Shown one piece after another: positions 10,868 to 19,573 of a stretch of 64,000 nucleotides of DNA; position 1 is the stretch's first letter; every line of letters begins with the position of its first letter. This stretch comes from an uncultured Acidobacteriota bacterium. Lineage in GTDB: Bacteria; Acidobacteriota; Blastocatellia; Pyrinomonadales; Pyrinomonadaceae. The DNA lies in contig CAWKHZ010000009.1 of assembly GCA_963849585.1 (NCBI GenBank), forward strand, positions 96,771 through 160,770, written 5' to 3'. Below the pieces are notes generated by a model. The model ran no database searches. It had not been told where the DNA came from and was given only the letters and a program-made list of their open reading frames with translations. Position numbers and translations under genes: made by a program.

Positions 10868-12139
10868 TTGGATCGACGGGCTCTAAGTTTAACTCGCCTG
10901 CGTGCTAAACTGCTGCCGAATGTTCCAGACCAGGATTTATTTTTAGCGGTGCCGCTCTTGCTGGCGGCTTTCTTTTTCACCTCCTGCAAGAGCGACTATC
11001 AGGCGCAACAGCGTCAGGGTCAGGGAGCGGGCCGTCCAGGACAAGCGGCTGCCCGGCAAGTCAGAACTACCGCCGTCGCGGAAACTCCTTTTGGCGAAAC
11101 AGTCACCGCCACCGGTACACTCGCGGCCTACGATCAGACAACAGTTAGCGTAAAAGTTCCGGGTCGCGTGCGCGTGATTTCAGTTGACCTCGGATCGGTT
11201 GTTTCGCGTGGACAAGTCATCGCGAATGTCGATTCCGAAGATTACCGGCTGCGCGTGCAACAGGCAGAGGCTTCGTTGGCCCAGGCACGTGCGCGATTGG
11301 GGCTGACGCCGGAGGGCACCGACGACCGCGTCGATCCGGAACAAACAGCGACAGTACGACAGGCGCGCGCCGTGCTCGACGAAGCGCGGTTCAATCGCGA
11401 TCGCGCGGCACGGCTGGTCGAGCAGGGCATCATTGCCAAAGCTGAATTCGACTCCGCGACTTCGGTATACAAAGTCGCCGAAGGTCGATACCAGGACGCC
11501 TACGAAGAGATCCGCAACCGTCAAGGCGTGTTGGCCCAACGAAGATCCGAACTCGCGCTCGCACGACAGCAACTAAAAGACACCAACATCGTTGCGCCAA
11601 TTGACGGCATCGTTCAGGAGAAGATAACGAGCGTTGGCGAGTTTCTCGCCGCGGGCGCACCGGTTGTCAACATCGTTCGTATGGATCCTTTACGTCTGCG
11701 CGCGCAGATACCTGAACGTGAATCGCAGACGATTCGCACAGGTCAGGACGTTCGTGTCACCGTCGAGGGCGACCCCATTGTTTACCTCGGCAAGATCATG
11801 CGCCTGAGTCCGGTGATTGCCGAACAAAACCGTATGCTGATGGTTGAAGCGGACGTTCGGAATAATGGAAAACTCCGGCCGGGATCTTTTGCGCACGCTG
11901 AGATTGTGACGAACGATGCGAAGATGGCTGTCACAGTTCCAAACAGTGCGATTGTTACGTTCGCGGGCATCGAAAAAGTGATTGTCGTTCAAAATGGCAA
12001 AGCGCTCGAAAAACCGATCACTACCGGCCGGCGAAATGCGGAATTTACGGAGATCGTTGCGGGAATTAGTGTTGGTGAGAAAGTGATTGTCGATCCGGGC
12101 AACCTCCAATCGGGACAGGCTGTCGAAGTAGTTGAGTAA
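10868..12139 (+). CDS. efflux RND transporter periplasmic adaptor (HlyD/MFP family)
   Basis: 423 aa. Lipoprotein-like N-terminus (…FFFTSC), lipoyl-like hairpin motifs (GRVRVISVDLGSVVSRGQVIANVD and IVAPIDGIVQEK) and a coiled-coil middle. Directly upstream of the RND pump. Start codon is uncertain (TTG at 10868). Confidence 0.9.
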   Translation: MDRRALSLTRLRAKLLPNVPDQDLFLAVPLLLAAFFFTSCKSDYQAQQRQGQGAGRPGQAAARQVRTTAVAETPFGETVTATGTLAAYDQTTVSVKVPGRVRVISVDLGSVVSRGQVIANVDSEDYRLRVQQAEASLAQARARLGLTPEGTDDRVDPEQTATVRQARAVLDEARFNRDRAARLVEQGIIAKAEFDSATSVYKVAEGRYQDAYEEIRNRQGVLAQRRSELALARQQLKDTNIVAPIDGIVQEKITSVGEFLAAGAPVVNIVRMDPLRLRAQIPERESQTIRTGQDVRVTVEGDPIVYLGKIMRLSPVIAEQNRMLMVEADVRNNGKLRPGSFAHAEIVTNDAKMAVTVPNSAIVTFAGIEKVIVVQNGKALEKPITTGRRNAEFTEIVAGISVGEKVIVDPGNLQSGQAVEVVE

Positions 12140-12221
12140 TGGTCAGTTGTCAGTGGTCAGTTGTCAGTGGCAATAGCATTAACCGGCAGGTACCACGGAC
12201 TACTGACCACTGACCACGGAC
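12140..12221. repeat. intercistronic hairpin with tandem-heptamer arms (GTCAGTG/GTCAGTT)
   Basis: Left arm TGGTCAGTTGTCAGTGGTCAGTTGTCAGTGG (12140-12170). Right arm CCACGGACTACTGACCACTGACCACGGAC (12193-12221) is its imperfect reverse complement. It fills the MFP-RND spacer. Confidence 0.8.
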
Positions 12222-12231
12222 AAATCCTTAA

Positions 12232-15200
12232 ATGCAAAAACTAGCTGAAATATGTATTCGCCGACCTGTCTTCGCGACGATGATCGTGTTGTCGCTGGTG
12301 GTCGTAGGCGCGGCTGGTTTCTTTAGACTCGGCGTCGATCGTTTTCCTGCTGTCGATCTTCCTACAGTTAATGTTCGCATCGGACTTCCGGGCGGCGCGC
12401 CCGAGGAAGTCGAATCGTTAATCACTCAGCAAGTTGAAGAGGTAATCAACACCGTCGACGGCATCAGCGAGTTGCGCTCTGTTTCCGGACAAGGCACGTC
12501 GATGGTGATCGCGACTTTCAACCTCGATCGCGATCTGGAATCCGCCGCTCAGGACGTACGCGATCGCGTCAACACTTTAGGCCGTCGTCTTCCGGAAGAT
12601 TCCACACCACCAGTTGTTCAGAAATTCGACAACGACAGCACGCCGGTCCTGACCATCGCACTCACCGGCGATCGATCAATACGAGAACTCACCGAACTCG
12701 CAGACAAAACTGCGCGACCAATGCTCGAACGCATTGGCGGAGTCGGCGAGGTGCGGGTCGTCGGTGGTCTCGATCGCGCGATCAACGTTTGGATCGACGC
12801 GGACCGACTGGCCGCATACCAAATCTCAATCGCCGCCATCCGGCAGGCACTCGAACGTCAGAACACCGACGTGCCCGGTGGAAATGTAAACACCGGGAAA
12901 GAGGAATTAACCCTCCGCACCCTCGGAAGATTCACGGACCCGCGACAGTTTGCCGATCTCGTCATCGCGAATGTAAACGGTGCGCCTGTCAGGCTCCGCG
13001 ACGTGGGCCGCGTTGAAGACGGTACGAAAGAGCAGCGCTCGTTTTCACGACTCAATGGCGTCCCCACCGTCTCGCTCGACATTCGCCGGCAATCGGGTGC
13101 GAACACAGTCGAAGTCATTCACGGTCTGAAAGAAGCACTGCCGCGCGTCAGTTCTCAACTGCCGAATGACGTCAAGCTCGAAATCATTCGCGATCAGTCG
13201 CGTTATATCGAAGCAGCGCTTCACGAAATCCAGATCCACCTTGTGCTCGGGAGTATTCTCGCCAGCCTGGTCGTGCTGGTGTTTATGCGCTCGTGGCGCT
13301 CCACTTTGATCGCCGCAGTCGCGATTCCGTGCTCCGTCATCTCGACCTTTGGCATGATGAAAGCACTCGACTTCACACTCAACAGCGTCACCATGCTGGC
13401 GCTTGTGCTGATGGTGGGCGTGGTGATCGACGACGCGATTGTCGTACTGGAGAACATCTTCCGCTTCATTGAAGAGAAGCGAATCGAAGCAAAAGAAGCG
13501 GCGCGTGAAGCGACAAAAGACATTGGTCTGGCGGTTCTGGCTACCACTCTGTCTCTGGTCGTAATCTTCCTGCCCGTATCGTTCATGTCGTCGATATCGG
13601 GTCGGTTCCTTTACCAGTTTGGCATCACAGCGGCGGTCGCGATCATGGTGAGCTTGCTGGTCTCGTTCACGCTAACACCAATGATGAGCTCGCGGTTGAT
13701 TCGCGTCAGCGACGCCAAGGGTGGGCATGACGGTCCGTCTTCACGCCGGGGCTTCTATCGTTACATCGATTCGTCTTACTCGTGGTTGTTGGCGTTTGCA
13801 ATGCGGCACCGCATGGCGGTCGCCTTGCTTGCACTCGGAGTGGTCCTAACGAGCATCCCTCTTTATCGCGCAGTCAAACAGGAGTTCATTCCGACAAACG
13901 TCGACGAGGCGGAGTTTGAAATTGGCGTGAATGGTCCAGAAGGCACGAACCTCGCGGTAATGAACGAAACGATGAGCGCGATCGAGAAAGACCTGCTCGA
14001 CACGCCCGGCGTGGAGATGGTGATGTCGTCAGCGGGCGGCGGGTTCCTCGGCGGCGTGAACCAGGGCGACGCGTACGTGCGCATCAAGCCACACGAGGAA
14101 CGCACGTTGTCGTTCAGCAAGTTGTGGCACGAGACCAGGAAGGGAAATCCGCTTAACGCATTTCGCGGAAACTACACGCAACAGGACGTGATGCAGGAGG
14201 CCCGGCGGCGGCTGCGGAAGTACGCGCCGATGCGCACCAGCGTCCGCAACGGGCGCTCGTTCAATTTCGGTACCGGTGGCCGTTCTGACATCGACTTCGT
14301 GTTTCGTGGTCCAGACATCGTGACCCTTGCTGGTTTCGCCGACGAACTGGTCGAGCGCTCAGAAAAGCTTGGCGGCATTGTCGATGCCGACACGACTTTA
14401 AAACTCAACAAGCCGGAGCTGCGCGTCCGCATCGACCGCGAGCGTGCTGCGGATCTCGGCGTCGATACTTCCGATATCGCAACGAGCCTGCGCCTGATGG
14501 TTGGTGGAGAAGAGGAGGCGTCGCGCTTTAGAGACGAACAGATCAACGAAGACTATGACGTGCAATTGCGTCTGACCGAACAGGATCGCAGCGACGCGGG
14601 TACGATCAGTCGACTCTGGGTTCCTTCTTCACGAGGTGGCCCTGGGGGCGGTGCCGGACTGGTGCGGCTCGATAATTTCGTGAAGATCACACGCGATACG
14701 AGCCCGTCGCGAATCGATCGACTCGATCGCGAACGACAGGTTTCCGTGCGCGCTTCGGTAGCGCCCGGTTACGCGCTTGCGGATCGCATCCAGGCATTGC
14801 GCGGCGCAGTCGGCGAGATGAATCTGCCGATCGCTTACACGACCACTGTTTCCGGTCGCGCACGCGAACTCGAGAAGACGTTCACCGAGTTTATCTGGGC
14901 GTTCATCCTGTCAGTGATTTTCATGTACATGATTCTCGCTTCGCAGTTCGAGAGTACTGTGCACCCGCTGACGATCCTGTTGAGCTTGCCGCTTTCGGTG
15001 CCGTTTGCGTTGCTGTCGTTGTGGGGAACTGGAGACACGCTGAATCTCTATTCCGCGCTCGGTGTGCTGGTCTTGTTTGGCGTGGTGAAGAAGAACGCGA
15101 TTCTCCAGATCGATCACATGAACAACCTGCGCGCGAAAGGGATGGAACGTTACGAAGCGATCATGCAGGGCAATCGCGATCGTTTGCGTCCGATTCTGAT

Positions 15201-15504
15201 GACGACCCTCGCGCTCGTTGCAGGTATGTTGCCGCTTGCGCTTGGCACTGGTCCGGGTGCTGAGGAACGACGTTCGATCGCTATCGTCGTCATTGGTGGT
15301 CAGACGCTTTCGCTGTTGCTTACGTTGATCGCTACGCCGGTGGTCTATTCACTGATCGATGATGTGAAAGCAACATCGCGCTGGCGCCGGTTTGCTGAAA
15401 CAATGGGCAGCGCATGGCAAGGTGCTCGTGAAAGACTGAAGGCCCGGCGGCGCAAACCCGCGCCGGAAGAAGTTCCCGCAGAGCGCACAACCTCCGGCGA
15501 CTAA
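12232..15504 (+). CDS. efflux RND transporter permease (AcrB/HAE family)
   Basis: 1090 aa with the canonical N-terminus (CIRRPVFATMIVLSLVVVG) and 12-TM/two-large-loop organisation. It follows the adaptor gene. Confidence 0.95.
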   Translation: MQKLAEICIRRPVFATMIVLSLVVVGAAGFFRLGVDRFPAVDLPTVNVRIGLPGGAPEEVESLITQQVEEVINTVDGISELRSVSGQGTSMVIATFNLDRDLESAAQDVRDRVNTLGRRLPEDSTPPVVQKFDNDSTPVLTIALTGDRSIRELTELADKTARPMLERIGGVGEVRVVGGLDRAINVWIDADRLAAYQISIAAIRQALERQNTDVPGGNVNTGKEELTLRTLGRFTDPRQFADLVIANVNGAPVRLRDVGRVEDGTKEQRSFSRLNGVPTVSLDIRRQSGANTVEVIHGLKEALPRVSSQLPNDVKLEIIRDQSRYIEAALHEIQIHLVLGSILASLVVLVFMRSWRSTLIAAVAIPCSVISTFGMMKALDFTLNSVTMLALVLMVGVVIDDAIVVLENIFRFIEEKRIEAKEAAREATKDIGLAVLATTLSLVVIFLPVSFMSSISGRFLYQFGITAAVAIMVSLLVSFTLTPMMSSRLIRVSDAKGGHDGPSSRRGFYRYIDSSYSWLLAFAMRHRMAVALLALGVVLTSIPLYRAVKQEFIPTNVDEAEFEIGVNGPEGTNLAVMNETMSAIEKDLLDTPGVEMVMSSAGGGFLGGVNQGDAYVRIKPHEERTLSFSKLWHETRKGNPLNAFRGNYTQQDVMQEARRRLRKYAPMRTSVRNGRSFNFGTGGRSDIDFVFRGPDIVTLAGFADELVERSEKLGGIVDADTTLKLNKPELRVRIDRERAADLGVDTSDIATSLRLMVGGEEEASRFRDEQINEDYDVQLRLTEQDRSDAGTISRLWVPSSRGGPGGGAGLVRLDNFVKITRDTSPSRIDRLDRERQVSVRASVAPGYALADRIQALRGAVGEMNLPIAYTTTVSGRARELEKTFTEFIWAFILSVIFMYMILASQFESTVHPLTILLSLPLSVPFALLSLWGTGDTLNLYSALGVLVLFGVVKKNAILQIDHMNNLRAKGMERYEAIMQGNRDRLRPILMTTLALVAGMLPLALGTGPGAEERRSIAIVVIGGQTLSLLLTLIATPVVYSLIDDVKATSRWRRFAETMGSAWQGARERLKARRRKPAPEEVPAERTTSGD

Positions 15505-15599
15505 GAATTGCGAATTTCGAAATGCGAATTTCGGATTTGAAAACTAAGAAGTTGCTGGTCTAACTGACTCCTTTTTGCTCCTTTTGTGCCTTTTTGTGG

Positions 15600-17027
15600 C
15601 TAAGGTTGTTTTAAAACCTGCTGCCAACCGGAATTATCAATCTTCATCCGCGTCACTAACTCATCGCGCAACCTTCGCAACTTGTCACTCAGGACATGGG
15701 GATAATTCTTAATATCCCCGAATCGTCTGCGCTGCTCCTCGACAAACACTTTCTGTTTCTCGATTGACGGAATCGCCGAGTGCTGTCCGTTCTCCCAAAA
15801 CGGCACCAGCAATCGTTCGACTTTTGCCGCACCGGGTATATTCACGTCTTCATCATCAAGACCGATCACGTCGCCGACATAGTTTCCGTCCTCGTCGCTG
15901 CCGCGAAACAACTGCAACTTGCCCGGCAGCGTGATCTTCTCTTCAGAGTTTGACGCCTTCAGCGTTGGCCGATCTTTCATCAAACATTGCTTGAAGATTA
16001 CACCCGCAACCGCCGGTACTTCGCTCGACAACTTCGTGCCGATACCAAAACCTGCGACTTGCGGAAATGCCGCCACAATCCCTCTCACTTTTTCGACATC
16101 GAGATCGCCAGTCAGGTTCGGCCTCAGACCCGAAAAACCGTTTGCTTCAAAAAACCGCAAACACCAGTGGCCCAACTCAGCGAGATCACCGGAGTCAACC
16201 CGGAAACCTTTGAACGCACGCCGCCGCGATTCGGTTGAAGTCGCTGCCATCGTTGCATGGACCGCGCCCATGTAAACGTCGATCGTGTCGAGTAACAGCG
16301 TAGTGCCGTTTGGATTCGCGTCAAGCCAGCGTTCGAAAGCGACCTGTTCGAAATGCTTCGGTTTACCGGTACGGGGCTCGATTTCCGGATCGTCCAAAAA
16401 CTCGATGTAGGCCTGTTGCCAGTAATGAGCTTCAGTACCGACCGCGGGGATGTCGAGACGATGAGCGGCTTCCATGTTTGACGTGTCGTTAAAGCCGCCG
16501 ATAAACGCATAGACCGCGATATCGACGGCTCGTTCGATGTCGCCGTTGCGTCGCAGCGAGAAGTCGGAGAGCCAGCGATGATCGCCCGCAGCCATGCGAA
16601 ACTGCATCGCCGTGCTGGCGGTGGTCATCGGCAAATCGAACGCGTGCTCAAACTTGATCTCCTGAGCTTGCGTTAGCCCGAAGGCGCCGCGAATGTCGGC
16701 AAACGGTTCCTGTGCGAAGACGATCGTGCCCGGTCGTACCGCGCGGATCGCGCCGACGAACTGAATGTCCTCGATTGCCTGGGCGAAGTTGTGCAGACCG
16801 CCGCGGTCCTGCTCGAGGAAGCGAAGACGCGGGCGATCGATCTGGCTGTCGACGAGCAGACGGACGAGACGTTCGTGGCCTAGGCAGGGAGCGAAGGGCA
16901 ATTTTCGTTGGGTGACGTAGAAGGTGGCTTCCGCGTCGCTGAGGCGTTCGTTTCGCAACCGGGTCACGTCCTTGAACGACGCGTCGCCCATGGCGGCGTG
17001 ATATCGATCGATGTTCAGGGTTCCCAT
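15600..17027 (-). CDS. pncB: nicotinate phosphoribosyltransferase
   Basis: 475 aa with NAPRTase-type motifs (FRVDSGDL, GFGIGTKL). 1-nt overlap with the upstream nicotinamidase gene. Confidence 0.85.
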   Translation of the reverse strand: MGTLNIDRYHAAMGDASFKDVTRLRNERLSDAEATFYVTQRKLPFAPCLGHERLVRLLVDSQIDRPRLRFLEQDRGGLHNFAQAIEDIQFVGAIRAVRPGTIVFAQEPFADIRGAFGLTQAQEIKFEHAFDLPMTTASTAMQFRMAAGDHRWLSDFSLRRNGDIERAVDIAVYAFIGGFNDTSNMEAAHRLDIPAVGTEAHYWQQAYIEFLDDPEIEPRTGKPKHFEQVAFERWLDANPNGTTLLLDTIDVYMGAVHATMAATSTESRRRAFKGFRVDSGDLAELGHWCLRFFEANGFSGLRPNLTGDLDVEKVRGIVAAFPQVAGFGIGTKLSSEVPAVAGVIFKQCLMKDRPTLKASNSEEKITLPGKLQLFRGSDEDGNYVGDVIGLDDEDVNIPGAAKVERLLVPFWENGQHSAIPSIEKQKVFVEEQRRRFGDIKNYPHVLSDKLRRLRDELVTRMKIDNSGWQQVLKQP

Positions 17028-17593
17028 CAGTTATCGCCGTTGACGATCTGGGCTCCTGCTGCTTTCATTTCCTGAATCGCGCGTTCGCCGTCTCCTGGGT
17101 TTACATCGACGGCGCGCATGGCATTCTTCAACGCCTTTACTTTGAAGCCTTCATTTAATCCCGCGAGAACGGTCGCTTTCACACAGTAGTCAGTGGCCAA
17201 TCCACCGACGACAAGTTCTTCAACACCCTGTTCGTGGAGCTGCGACGCGAGATCGGTTTCGTCGAAAGCTGAATAACAATCAGTATCGCCGAGACCTTTC
17301 GAGATGACGCGGATGCGCGGGTCGTTCCGTAACTGCGGGTGAAACTCGGCGCCCTTCGTGTTCTGCACACAATGAATGGGCCACGTGCCGCCGTATGCCT
17401 GGAAGTGTTTCGTTTTCGGCGGATGCCAGTCGCGGCTTTTGTAAACGGGATCGCCACGCTCAAGAAACTGGTCGATCAACTCATTCAATGGCGCGACCAC
17501 TTCGTCGCCTTCAGCGACGGCCAACGCCCCACCCGGACAAAAGTCGTTTTGCACATCGACAACGATTAATGCTTGTTTCGATTGTGTTGACAT
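17027..17593 (-). CDS. pncA: nicotinamidase/pyrazinamidase (isochorismatase family)
   Basis: 188 aa. ALIVVDVQNDFCPGGALAV, catalytic Cys context GLATDYCV and metal-site WPIHCV. Confidence 0.9.
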   Translation of the reverse strand: MSTQSKQALIVVDVQNDFCPGGALAVAEGDEVVAPLNELIDQFLERGDPVYKSRDWHPPKTKHFQAYGGTWPIHCVQNTKGAEFHPQLRNDPRIRVISKGLGDTDCYSAFDETDLASQLHEQGVEELVVGGLATDYCVKATVLAGLNEGFKVKALKNAMRAVDVNPGDGERAIQEMKAAGAQIVNGDN

Positions 17594-17663
17594 CGTGAAT
17601 TCGGCCCCTTGTTTCCGGAGACGATGTTACACTGCTTCTTCCCACTGTAAAAAGGCAGCGTCC

Positions 17664-17758
17664 GTCTTTGCGCCTTTGCGTCTTTGCGGGAAACCAATTC
17701 TGAAAGAAGTGCTCTGCTGTTGCGAGAATGGCTCCCGCAAAGGCGCAAAGACGCAAAG
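17664..17758. repeat. inverted pair of the CCCGCAAAGGCGCAAAGACGCAAAG module
   Basis: GTCTTTGCGCCTTTGCGTCTTTGCGGG (17664-17690), a 43-nt spacer, then CCCGCAAAGGCGCAAAGACGCAAAG (17734-17758). It lies in the divergent pncA/pgi intergenic region. The same module occurs at 26943-27052 and 28957-29036. Confidence 0.85.
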
Positions 17759-17774
17759 AGTAAGGCCAGACATC

Positions 17775-19385
17775 ATGAAGCGCATGGAATTCCATCTCGG
17801 ACCACTCGCGGACCAATTGAGCAGCGCCATCCGCGACGCTGAACAAGCCTCCGTCGTCAAACGCCTATGGCGGAAAGACGCGTCACTCTGGAAAACAGAC
17901 GAAGCCAGTCAGAAACAGATTGGCAATTCGCTCGGTTGGCTCGCTGTTGCGGATGAAATGATCGGCGTCGCCGGCGAGTTGATCGAGTTTGCTGAAAAGA
18001 TTCGTGCGCGTGGCTTTCGACACGTGATGGTGTGTGGCATGGGTGGCTCGTCCTTGTGTCCTGAAGTTTTGGCGCGAACGTTTGGCCCACAGTCGGGATT
18101 TCCTGAGTTGCTAGTGCTGGATTCCACTGATCCGGACGTCATTGCTCATTTGCGCGATCAGATTGACGTCGAACACTGCCTCTTTGTCGTCGCTTCAAAG
18201 TCAGGAACGACTACAGAGCCCACAGTCTTTTACAAATACTGGTATGACGAAGTCGGTAAACGACGCGAGAACCCGGGCGAGAACTTCATTGCCATCACCG
18301 ATCCGGGTTCACCACTTGTTGATACTGCGGCCGAACTCGGTTTTCAGCGAACGTTTCTTAATCAGTCGGACATTGGCGGACGTTACTCGGCGCTTTCGTA
18401 TTTCGGGATGGTACCTGCGGCGTTGATGGGAATCGACATACGTAAGTTTCTCGAACGCGCGAGGGAAACAAATGACGCGCTGAAGCTGGGAACGATCATT
18501 GGCGAGTGCGCGAATGCCGGACGCGATAAGCTCACACTCATCCTTGATCCACGGATTGAAACCCTCGGGTTATGGATCGAACAACTCATTGCCGAGAGCA
18601 CCGGCAAAGAAGGAAAAGGAATACTGCCCGTCAGCGGTGAACCGCTCGGTGGACCATCAGTCTACGGCGACGATCGCGTGTTCGTATCAATATCAATTGG
18701 CCCAACCATCGCAGACACTCAAGCTTCATTGCTTGCTCTATCTGCCGCGGGCCATCCCGTCATTCAACGCGAGCTAAGTGACGTCTACGATCTAGGTGCG
18801 GAGTTTTTCATCTGGGAGTTTGCAACAGCCTGCGCCGGTTGGCGTCTCGGCATCAACCCGTTCGATCAGCCCAACGTGCAGGAAGCAAAAGATGCGACGC
18901 GAGAACTTCTGAGCGAGTTTTCGAAGTCCGGCAGTCTGCCTGACGATCAAAAACTCGCGGACGACGACGCGATACGCGCACAGGTAAAGTCGATCGCTCC
19001 TGGCGATTACGTCGCGTTTCTCAACTACATCGAAGAGCTCCCGGCGATCGATCGCAAACTTCAGGAGATCAGAACCGACGCACGCGACCGTACAAAGTGC
19101 GCGACGACGATCGGTTATGGACCACGATTCCTGCACTCCACCGGACAGCTTCACAAAGGTGGACCAAACACCGGCGTCTTTTTCCAGATCGAAGCCAGGG
19201 ACAAGATCGACTTTCCCGTCCCCGGCGAGCCTTACAGCTTCAGCATCCTGAAACAGGCCCAGGCGCTCGGCGACTTCCGCGCGCTTATCAGTCGCGACCG
19301 CCGCGTACTCCGAATAAACCTCGGCGACGACCTGCTCAGCTCCCTAGACCACCTCCACCAAGTCATCCTGAATGCTTTGAAGTAG
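17775..19385 (+). CDS. pgi: glucose-6-phosphate isomerase (SIS-domain PGI)
   Basis: ORF 17595..19385. The first 60 codons are encoded by the repeat element, so the start is placed at ATG 17775 (MKRMEFHLGPL). Motifs VMVCGMGGSSLCPEV, VVASKSGTTTEP, GGRYSALS. Confidence 0.9.
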   Translation: MKRMEFHLGPLADQLSSAIRDAEQASVVKRLWRKDASLWKTDEASQKQIGNSLGWLAVADEMIGVAGELIEFAEKIRARGFRHVMVCGMGGSSLCPEVLARTFGPQSGFPELLVLDSTDPDVIAHLRDQIDVEHCLFVVASKSGTTTEPTVFYKYWYDEVGKRRENPGENFIAITDPGSPLVDTAAELGFQRTFLNQSDIGGRYSALSYFGMVPAALMGIDIRKFLERARETNDALKLGTIIGECANAGRDKLTLILDPRIETLGLWIEQLIAESTGKEGKGILPVSGEPLGGPSVYGDDRVFVSISIGPTIADTQASLLALSAAGHPVIQRELSDVYDLGAEFFIWEFATACAGWRLGINPFDQPNVQEAKDATRELLSEFSKSGSLPDDQKLADDDAIRAQVKSIAPGDYVAFLNYIEELPAIDRKLQEIRTDARDRTKCATTIGYGPRFLHSTGQLHKGGPNTGVFFQIEARDKIDFPVPGEPYSFSILKQAQALGDFRALISRDRRVLRINLGDDLLSSLDHLHQVILNALK

Positions 19386-19573
19386 TACGTTTCGACCCTG
19401 CTTCCGCACATTTGTAGTACGACCCTGGAAACAACGGTGTAATAACTATTTGTTAGATCCAAAGGACATCCCCCAGGTGCATTTCACTCTTTCGTTGAGG
19501 CATACGACTTGCCGTTCGGAAGCTAAATTACTCGCTTCCTAGGACCCTGCCATTATTGGAGGAGGAGCCGTTC

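Noticed and set aside
12140-12221. The heptamer arrays at 12140-12221 and 61598-61730 as a CRISPR array or coding tandem repeats
   Set aside because: The units are 7 nt with no spacers. They occur as complementary arms of a hairpin in short intercistronic gaps, and no cas genes are in the window.
15505-15599. Tandem short repeats between the convergent RND pump and pncB genes as a distinct element
   Set aside because: The repeats are TGCGAATTTCGAAA x2 and CCTTTT(T)GTG x3. Both are real direct repeats and share the CTTTGTGC flavour of other spacers. However, they are short, and a bidirectional terminator-region function is sufficient. I could not define clear pairing partners.
17595-17774. 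N-terminal 60-aa extension of PGI given by the ORF track
   Set aside because: It is encoded by the inverted-repeat element (FAPLRLCGK…SRKGAKTQR). The recognisable PGI sequence begins at MKRMEFHLGPL (ATG 17775).
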